Shown in pieces: positions 54,283 to 64,000 of a stretch of 64,000 nucleotides of DNA. Under the pieces are notes generated by a model. It saw only the letters and a list, made by a program, of their open reading frames with translations. It did no database searches and was not told where the DNA came from. The DNA is from Cenococcum geophilum (taxonomy: Eukaryota). A program made the position numbers and the translations under genes. Positions within the stretch are counted from its first letter, which is position 1. Each line of letters starts with the position of its first letter. The DNA lies in contig CP158636.1 of NCBI GenBank assembly GCA_050273025.1, forward strand, positions 4,340,001 to 4,404,000. The letters are read 5' to 3'.

Positions 54283-57200
54283 TGTTATAAACCTTATATT
54301 AACAGTAGTACGACTACTAAAAATATATAGGAATAGGCTAGTTAAGATAGTATAGGAGGCGCTAGAACTAATCAAGCTATAGGATAAGGGGTAGCTAAGT
54401 TACGTAGCCAGTCACGTTATAAGTTTAGAATGTGGGAACGTAGGAACGTGGGAACGCGATATATTAAACCTTTTACTATAGGGAGGAGTTATATATTTAA
54501 GGATATATAGTCTTTACAAATAGTTTCTTTTCTTTATAGTAAATCTTAGAATATAATTAAAGTTAATCTATTAGATAACTACTCTACTAGTTATTATTAT
54601 ATTATTAACTTCTTATTTACCTATATACCTAGCCTATTAATAAGTCTACTGTAGTTTCTGCTATAAGGCTTTATTATATATTTACTACTAAGGTTACGGT
54701 ATTAATAAAGTTAAATAATATGCTACTAAAAGCAGTAGCTACGACGGCGTTAACGGCAGCGACTATATTGGGATTAGGTAACGACACTAATATAATAAAC
54801 ACTAACTCTTAACTAGTTACCGTTAGATAACTATAGGAAATAGTTAATTAATTAATAGATAATAATAGGATACTTAAAGAAAGGATTAATAGGATTGGAG
54901 TAGCTAAGGTTAAGTTACCCTTAATTAAGCAATTCCTAGGGGAAAAGTTAAAGCTTAAGGGATTCCTTATATAAATGCACTTTAAGGTTATATAGGAGGG
55001 AGTTAAACTAGGAACGCCTATAGATTAAGTCACTTACGCAGGACTATTTTTTAATAGGAAAAGCACTTAAGTGGTTTAAGCCTTACCTTATAGAGGTATA
55101 AGAGCATAGTATAACAACCACTAATTAAGAGGTATAATATATATTCTTAAGTTAGAGTAGGTTTATAGAACGCTTAACGCAGATATTTAGAGACCTAAAG
55201 GTAATCACTATAGTAAAACAAAAACTTTAAAACCTAGTATAGAGAACTTTAGTAATTAAGTATATAATATAGTTTTAAATATTAGCAATATAAGTTAAAT
55301 AAAACGATAAGGCGCTTATAGCATAGTATAAATAGGGACTTAAGGTAAAAGTCTAAGACGTAATTATCCTAATAGAAGATACGGATACTCTTAGGGATTT
55401 AATTAATTAAGTAATTAAGATTAATAATAGAATCTACTAAAGAGAGCAGACTAAGAAGGGTTAGGATAGAGTTTTATAGTTATATAAGGCGTAAAGCACA
55501 CAATAACAAAGTTAAAGTTAAAACCTATAGTATAGCGCAGAGCTAATAGACCTAAGCGGTACTAAAGGATTTAAAAGGTAAAATAAGAAATTATAGAAAC
55601 CTAAAGAATAAGGATTAAGTAATTAAAGGTCTAAGGAGCAGAGGCTAAACTAGGAATCTTAGTAGTAGAAGACATTTAGGCGAACTCTATAGTAAGAAAA
55701 ATGGTTTAAAGAAGGAGCTTATATAAATTGCAGAAAATAGGGTTATTATATTAAAGACTATAGAAGTAGGTAGAGTTACTATATAGTAAAAGGAATAAAA
55801 CTAGTAGAAGATATATATATATAGAGGGATAATAGTATACTATAAGGAATAAAAGAATGTTTAATTAAAAGTTTTACGTTTTGTTATAATAACATATACT
55901 AAATTTATAAGGACGCTAAGTATAGCGTAAGCTATTAGCTATAGAAGCCAAAATTATTAGAGTTTAGAGGAACTAATAAACTATCTTATAGATCGGATAT
56001 TAAGGACGATGAATTTAATATAGGTAAAACATTCCGTAATAATAAGGTAATAAGGGTAGCTTACTAAAAGTATATAGACCTTGGAAATATTATATAAGAG
56101 GTAGAGGATAGTTCTACTATAAAATAGGGAATATTAGTAGGGATCAAAACCCCACTAAATATGATGTTTATTGCTTTATAAGATATAAGAAAAGTAAAAT
56201 AGTAAACCGCTTTGGCACTTAATAAAGGTAAAAGGCCATAAGCTTAAGATTTTTAAAAAGAGATATAAGACGCTTAAGATTTCTAAGACGGGATAAGATA
56301 AGCTTAAGGACCTATAATGGATAATAACTAATAGAGCAGAGTAATAGCTTAGTTTAGTAATATATAAATAAGCTTGGGATAAAGTTTCCTAAAGGTATAA
56401 GACTCTTAGGACAAGATAAGTAAGATTTAAAACTCTTAAGATAAGATAAGAACACTATAGAAGCCTAATTAAACTAAGGTAGGAGCTAAGCTTAAGAAAG
56501 AAGCAAGCTTAGGATTAAGAATCCTATAGAACTAAAATTTCTAGATATAAATAAGGACTATTAAATAAACTAAGATTAAGAAGTAAAAAGACTTTAAGGA
56601 TCTACTTATAAGACAAAAACTAAAAGAAAATATAGAGGAATTTAGATAGAGAATCCTCGTATAGTAAGAATAGAAACTAGACTAGAGATCTAGTATACTA
56701 GGTTATATAAGGGATAGAGTACCTATATAAAGAATTACTAATATGCCTAGGGCAGGTATACTAAAAGCTAAGTAACTTATTAAACTAAAAGATAAAGAGG
56801 ATCTAGAAATCCTAACTAGGTTTAAAGAATAATATATAAAGGGCTATTATAATGTAGTAATAAGAAGATACTTCCTTATGGATAAGCTGTATATACTCTA
56901 GTAGCTATACTAAAAGTAGTATAGGCAACGATATAACAATAAGTGGGAAGATTTTTATATATAGTTAGATAAACGAGTTATTTAGGACCACCCTATTATA
57001 GAAAAAGCTATAACTTATATTAAGGGAGCCTTAATTATAATATTAAAGAATCTAAAAGAATAATTAGAGGACTAGAGAAGTAAGAGGTATATTTTAATAC
57101 CTATAAATAAAGTCGCAACGTTTAGATTAACATAGTAATAGTTTAAACTTAAAGATAAAAATAAGTTAAGAGTTAACCTAAAGCACCTAGCGCATTATAT

Positions 57201-60200
57201 ATTAACGTAAATTGTATATATAAATAATATATGCAAAATACATAAGAATCTAAAGAAAAGAATTAGAAGTACCCTATAAGGATATATTAGGCGCTAAATA
57301 AGCAATAATATAAAAATACTAAGTATATACACGGCTAGCATCTAGTAGAAGTTTAGGAGTTAGGAAACTTAATACTTTAACTAAAAAGATTTCTTACGGA
57401 AGTGCTTAGATAAATAATAGTAGTAGAAATACCTAGAGAATATATATCTATAGTATATAGAAGATAAAAAGTAAACTAGATATTAGCTAAAAAGCAAGCT
57501 AAGCGTAATAGGATTAAGTAGCTAATAGTTAGGAAAAGTAGAGACCTATAGGACTAAAGGGAGCTAGTAGTAGAGCCTTAGACCTTTAAAGGAATTTAAG
57601 GATAATACCTAAATTTATAAGTTAATTAGTAAGATTAACAGTTTAAAGTATTAATAGATAGTGGAGTAATATAGAACTATATTTTACTAATAATAGTTAA
57701 AAGAATGGGATTACCTTATAGATAGAAGAAGTAACTTTACCTATTAGTTATAATTTTAGGAGATCCGATAGCCTATAGAGGAGGTATTATTAACCTTAAA
57801 ATAGAACCTATTTAGATAACTATTAAAGGAAGATAAATTAAGATATCTTTTAATATCCTACTATTAGGACGGGATAAGGCAGTATTAGGTATACCCTAGT
57901 TATAGGAATATAATCTAAAGATTAATTAGATTATAGATTAGATTAATATTAGGGATACTTAATAACGTAAGATATAATAGCAGACTAAGTTAGTATAGTA
58001 CTAAGTTAGAGCGATATATAAAGAGACTAAGCAAGGCTTAAGTTATATACTAAAGAAATACTATAAGTATAGTAAAAAGCTATAGAGCCTAAAAAGTAAA
58101 AAGCTAGTAGATTATATAGTATAGGACTATAAGATAGGGTTAAAACTAGAAATAAGTCTAAGGTTCTTTTTAACCTATAAGCTTACTTAAGAGGAGTCTA
58201 GAGCACTTAAAGAGTTTATTTAAGAGAACTTATAAAAGGGATATATTAAACTATTATAGTTATTAGTAGGTTATCTAGTACTATTTATACTAAAGAAGAA
58301 TAAAAAAACTTAGGTTATATATTAACTATAGATAATTAAATAGTATTACTTAGAAGAATAGGTATCCTTTACCCTTAATTAGCGAAATTTAGAACTAGAT
58401 AGGTAATATATAAATCTTTATAAAGATAGATCTAAGATAGGCGTACTACTAGATTAGAATTAAGGAAGGTAATAAATAAAAGGTAGCTTTTAGATTAAAG
58501 GAAGAACTATATAAACTATTAGTTATATAATTTGGGTTAATAAATATACTAGTAATGTTTTAGAAACAAATTAATAGTGTATTAAGAGAATACCTTAATA
58601 AGTTTATTATAGTATACCTTAATGATAATATTATCTACTTAATAACTAAAGAAGAACACGAGGAATATATTAAATAGGTCTTAAAGAGACTATAAGAAGA
58701 ATAGATACTAGTAGTAATTAAGAAATACGAGTTTTTTTATAAGGAAAACTAATTTTATAGAATTTATTATTAAATTAAGTTATATTAGTATAGACCTAAA
58801 GAAGATTAAAGCTATAGTAAGTTGGTAAGAACTAAAAAATATAACATAGTTAAGGTTATTTTTAGGGGTTTGTAACTACTATAGGAGGTTTATAGCATAG
58901 TAGTTAAAGAATATTAAACCATATACTAGGCTTATAAAGAAAGAGGAACTATAGGCATAAGAAGGTAAGTAAAAGAAGTTGTTTAAGGAACTTAAGGAGT
59001 TATTTACTTAGGAGCTAATCCTTAAAATCTATTAACTAGGACTAGATACGGTTATGGAAACGAATATATTAGACTTTATATTAGAAGCATATTTACTATA
59101 AAAGTATAAGAATATATAGCACCTAGTAGTATACTATAGTCGTAAAATAACACCACTAGAGTTAAACTATAACATCTATAATAAGGAGTTATTAGGTATA
59201 GTTATAGCACTTAAGAAATAGAGAGTATTCTTATAAGGTATAAAGAAACTATTTATAGTTAAAATGGATTATAAAAACCTAATAGGGTTCCTAATAATAA
59301 AAGAACTTAATTATATATAAGTTAGGTAGGTAGAAATGCTTATAGAATACTATTTTAAGATTTAGTATACTAAAGAAACTAAAAATATAAGAGTAGGCGC
59401 GTTAAGCAGAAAAGCTAAATTATAGAATAATAAGAAACTATTAGGAGTAATACTACATAGAGATAAGGACGGATTAATTAGATATAATTACCCTAGGCTA
59501 GTAGTAACTTAAAAAGATAATAAACTAAAAAGAGTCTATAAGATACTAGAAAGCTTTTAGGTATAAAGAATTCTAAAGGCATAACTAGAAGATCTATAAA
59601 TAAATATATACGAAAATTAAGAAGTAAAGTATATCCTAAAAAGTATAGTGAAATATTTTATAGAAGATTTCTATAAGGGAATAACTTAAGGATATAATAG
59701 AGTAATAGGCTTAGTATTAAAACTTTAAGAGGAATATATTATTAATAGAATCTAGAGTATAGCTAAAAAAAGTAATAAAAGAGTATTTAAATTGCTAAAA
59801 GAATAAACTAATAAGGTATAAGCTATATAAAGGGCTATAACCTATTAAAATACTAGAAAGACTATAGGAGGTTATATTATAGGACTTTATTATTAAGTTA
59901 CTAAAGTTAAGAGATCCTATTATTAGATAAAAGTATAACGCGATCTTAATAATAGTAGATAAGTTAACTAAATAGGGCTACTTTATAGTATGCATAGAAA
60001 AAATCTTAGCGAAAGATATTACTAGAATCTATATTAAAGAAGTATTTATAAGATATAAAGCGCTAAGTGAAATTATATTAGATAGGGATTTAAGATTTAT
60101 AGTAGTATTTTAGGAAGTATTTTTAGCAGAATAAGGAATTAGAGTAGTAACTTTTACTATATATTATCCGCAGACGGACAGTTAAATAAAAAGATTAAAT

Positions 60201-61688
60201 TAAACACTAGAATAGTATCTAAGATATTATATTAATTATACATAGAATAATTAGGTATTATTATTACTAGTTATATAGTTTATATATAATATAACGCTAT
60301 AAAAAGGAATAGGCATATTACTATTTAAGGCAAATTATAGATATAAGCCAAGAATATTGTTATTACTATAATAAGTAAAAAAAATAAGTAGTATAGCTAA
60401 AGAAAGAATAAAGACGTTAATAAATCTTTATATAGACCTTATAAAATTAGTAAAAAAGGTATAAAAGAGAATAAAAAAGTACGATAACGCTAAGAGATCT
60501 AAGGGACTAGATCTTAAGGAGGGGGATAAAGTATAGCTACTATATAAAAATTTTAAAAGTTAATAACCAAGTAAGAAGTTAAACCACGTTAAATTAGGAC
60601 CTTTTAAAATTATATAGAGGATTTTACTAGTTATATTTAAGTTAAACCTACTAGCTAAGATAAAGATCTACCTAATATAGTATATTATAATTCTAGAACT
60701 AGTATATAGAAATATTAAGCTACTAATCTATAAAGTAGATACGTATAGAGGATAAGAGAAAGATAAATAGTAAGTTTTAAAGATCGTTAGTTATAAGAAC
60801 GTTAACAATAAAATATAGTATAAGGTTAAGTAGATAGGCTATAACAAGACTACCTAGGAATTATTATAGAATTTAAAAAATACTATAGGAAAGGTATAGG
60901 AGTATTAAAAGAAAATGGGTTAGGTAATATTAAGATAGAGCTAAAGATAAAGAAATTAGTTAAAGGTAATAGATAAGCCGGGTTATTTAAGGGATCTACT
61001 ACTAGCATATAAACTGTTTCCGCCTCTTTTTAATTAGAATCCTTTTTAGCCTCCTTAGCCTTAAGTTTAAATAGACCTTACTCTACTAAATAAAGCTCTT
61101 TTAAGTATACCTTTTTATAAACCTTTACTAGACGGCTTAGGCAAGTATAAGTATTTAGTTAAGCTTTTAGAGCCCGAGACGCCTTATTAGAATAACGCTA
61201 TACTTTAGTAAGGGCCTTAACCAGCTTACTCTTTAGTCTTTTAGCTGCTACTAACACGCGTAACCTTAGAGAAGATTAAATAAGAAATTAAATAGTTATA
61301 AAGAATAATAAAACGTGTATACTTAGCGTTAGAGACGGATTAAATATTATAAGATAATTGTATATTCGCTCGCGTATACTTAGTATAGGAAGAAGGTTAG
61401 TAACTAGATAGAGATATAATTATAATATATATTAACTTCTTCTTTATATAACGGGAATAGGACGGTATAACTTTACTAAGTAATAGAATAAACGTTACCA
61501 GCTAGTTATAATAATTAGACATAAAGGATCTAATAGGAGGCATTAAGAATAATAAAGGTTATTAAATTAAAGACGGGAATACTATACCTTTAGTAGATAA
61601 CTTAGAGATAGGAGATATCTTTAAGGATAAGGATAAAAAGGAGGGGGATAGTGTTACGGACCTTATATTAACAGTAGTATAACTACTA
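54283..61688 (+). mobile_element. Gypsy family B copy 3, near-complete chromovirus; 3' LTR broken after 37 bp
   Basis: 5' LTR from 54283, gag from ~54720, PR LIDSG ~57651, RT YLND ~58615, RH, IN (YPQTD), LGPF, chromodomain ~60765-60910. PPT at 61635-61650, 3' LTR start at 61652. Confidence 0.93.
60950..61543 (-). pseudogene. Antisense accessory gene of Gypsy B: Zn2Cys6-like cluster plus coiled coil, probable single intron
   Basis: ATG at 61543. Six in-frame TAT codons (each one G>A from TGT) are spaced x2-x6-x13-x2-x8. A pyrimidine-rich intron-like gap at ~61266-61320 is followed by an A/E/K/L-rich frame. Confidence 0.6.
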
Positions 61689-61781
61689 TAAGAAATCCGT
61701 TAAATTTTCCAAGGAAAATTTCCAAATTACTGACTTATAGCCAGTAATTTGGTTCCTTGGGTAAATTTAATGGATTTCTCG
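61689..61781. repeat. Long imperfect palindrome (arms ~43 bp) at the junction of an unclassified insertion
   Basis: agaaatccgttaaattttccaaggaa[aattt]ccaaattactgact pairs with agccagtaatttggttccttgggtaaatttaatggatttct. Confidence 0.92.
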
Positions 61782-61816
61782 CGCCTGCGGCGGGCTTTTG
61801 TCCTTCTAAACTCAGT

Positions 61817-62450
61817 CTGCCCTACTACTGCCCTACTACTGCCCTCTACTGCCCTGCTACCGCCCTACTACTACCGTTATACTATTTTACTATTTTACTA
61901 TTTTTATTACTTTTAATATACCTTTATTTTTAATTTATAGCTATCTTTATTACTATTTATATACTATTTTTTTACTACTACTTTAGTTACTTAATTATTA
62001 TTATTACTTTTATTACTATTTATTATTACTACTATTTCTATCTTTATTATTATTATTTTTATATTTTTAGTACTATTACTATTACTATTTTTATTCCTTT
62101 TTATATACTATATTAATTCTTTTTCAATTTACTAACTTTACTACTTCAGCTATAGCTATAACTTTTATTTTTACCTTTATTCTAATTTTATATAGTACTA
62201 CTTTTATAATTATAAAGAGGACTTTATATTATAGAATACATTTTATATTTAAAATTAAATTCTTCTTTTAAAAATATTATATAAGATAATTATATATACT
62301 AAAGACCCTACTATAAGGACTATTATAAAGGGTATTAATATTTTTACACATATATTAGAGCATTAAAGCTTTAACTGCCCTTTACTGCCTATTACTGCCC
62401 TTTACTGCCTTACTACTACTCTCCTACTACCGCACTACTACCGTACTATT
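61817..62450. repeat. Low-complexity CTA/CTG/TTA-rich tracts including CTGCCCTACTA-type repeats
   Basis: Directly visible. Confidence 0.7.
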
Positions 62451-62569
62451 ATAGAATTTATGCAGCTACCTTATGGTGATATAAAGCTGCCTTTATATAA
62501 TAATTGCGTAATATAGATTTATATAATTGATTACGTGACATATATTAACAATAGCTATTTACGTCGTTG

Positions 62570-63660
62570 TTATCGTTGTCTTCTTCCTTAAGCAATAGCA
62601 CTACTACTACTACTACTATTACTACTGCTACTGCTGCTGCTGCTGCTACTACGTCTTTTACTCCTACTCCTGCTCCTACTACTACTACCACCGCTGTTAC
62701 TACTACCGCCGCTACCGCCACTATATCCGCGCCCAGCTGCCGTTTCTCGTTCTTACTACCGCCATCTTGGGCTAGGGTACCTATGCGCGGGACTTTAGTC
62801 CTAGTAGATAAGTATACTAGTAAGTATTAGTACTATAAAAGAATTTAAAAATTTAAGAATTTAAGAAGATACTAATATATAAATAGCTACTGTAGCTACT
62901 ACTACCGCTAGACCCCTCCCCGCTCCCACCACTACCGCTACTACTACTTCCGCTGCCCCCGCCGCTCCTACTACCGCTACTCCCCCCCTAGCCAGCTTTA
63001 TGGCCGTGAATTAGCCTACCGCCCTTTTGCCCTAGAATCCCTTACCTACCGCGCTTACCGCTGCCGCTAAAGCTACTACTACTAACACAGCTATAATGCG
63101 GGCGCTATATCCCCTGCCGCGCATTTAGGACGTATCTCTATAGTAGGCTCCTAGCCTAGGTAAAGCTTCTAGGGTCTACTAGGGGGTCCGCCTAGAGGCT
63201 AGAGCACTAAATACGGAGGCCGCCCTAGCGTAAAGCTAGGGTATAGTAGCCCTATAGGCTTATACGTTATGCGTACGGGGCGGTGGCCTATTTATAGAGT
63301 ATATGCTGGTTACCGGCTAGCTATACGGCAGCTGTACTAACTGCCATTATAGTAGTAAAGGGGCGCGCTGCTTCTTCTAAGCCCGTAAATTAGTAATATA
63401 AGCCGTAAAAAGTATAACTAATAGAGATAATAGCGTCTACTACTACCCCCGCCCCCCCCCCCCCCCCCGCTATAGCCCGCTCCCGCTTTCGCTCCTACGC
63501 CCATATACCTCCCACTGCCGCCGCCGCTAATAATAATAATAACAACGACGATAATGATAAGGAGGGGGAGAAGGAGGAGGAGAAGGAGGAAGCCCCGCCT
63601 GCCTATGTTTATTCCCGCCCTAGGCGGCATAGGCGGATTACAGGGCTGCTCCGCTATTTA
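62570..63660 (+). pseudogene. DUF3716-like Cys-rich protein pseudogene with Ala-rich N-terminus and acidic C-terminus
   Basis: 63208-63380 reads NTEAALA*S*GIVAL*AYTLCVRGGGLFIEYMLVTG*LYGSCTNCHYSSKGARCFF, which de-RIPs to C-x2-C..GGGPFxEC..GSCANCHY..GARCSF. Intron GTAAGT..TACTAA..TAG at ~62820-62886. Confidence 0.7.
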
Positions 63661-64000
63661 GTGGCGGTTTTTAAAGAGTTATTGGAGGATAAGGATAAGG
63701 AGTAGGGGAGGGAAAATAGAGGGGGGGTAGAGGGGGGGTTTACTAAGCCTATAGGGCATTTATAAAAGTTTTACTGGCCCTATAAGGCAGTTATAGAAGT
63801 AGTTATATAATAAAATAATATACCTTATTACGAAAGTAAGACTTTTAGATAGATAATATTGTCTATCTCTATTTAATTTAGGGGAAGTAGTACTAAAATA
63901 CTATTTACGGTAGTAACCCGAGATAGGGTAATATAGAGCTGCCTATAGGTAAAGACCGGTATATATAAGTTAACGCTAATAAAGTTAAAAGACTGCCCCT

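Noticed and set aside
62567..62830. Thr-rich 87-aa ORF as an intact mucin-like gene
   Set aside because: The ACT runs are best explained as RIP-mutated GCT. It is exon 1 of the DUF3716-like pseudogene.
63418..63630. 70-aa minus-strand ORF with a hydrophobic stretch
   Set aside because: It is the antisense shadow of the Pro-rich and acidic plus-strand tail.

Overview
This is a gene-free, heavily RIP-mutated (C>T/G>A, TpA-rich) transposon nest from a filamentous ascomycete. I found no intact host gene. Positions 1 to ~14,560 are the relic of a Starship-like element: a four-intron DUF3435 tyrosine-recombinase ('captain') pseudogene, a FunK1/Sgk2-type kinase pseudogene downstream on the same strand, and a divergent coiled-coil pseudogene. 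A full Gypsy chromovirus and a non-autonomous TIR element interrupt it. From 14,641 to 46,683 a minus-strand Gypsy ('family B') is split by a second TIR element and four Copia elements, one nested in another, all with readable LTRs and TSDs. Next come a Fot1/pogo fragment, two more family B copies, and a Tad1-like LINE. At the right edge an unclassified element begins with a ~93-bp hairpin and carries a DUF3716-like pseudogene. The least expected items are the CATC...GATG, 2-bp-TSD elements built from minisatellites, an antisense spliced Zn2Cys6-like gene in the Gypsy B 3' region, and the hairpin/DUF3716 element. Protein family calls come from manual translation and motif recall, often after mentally reversing RIP. 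No searches were run.
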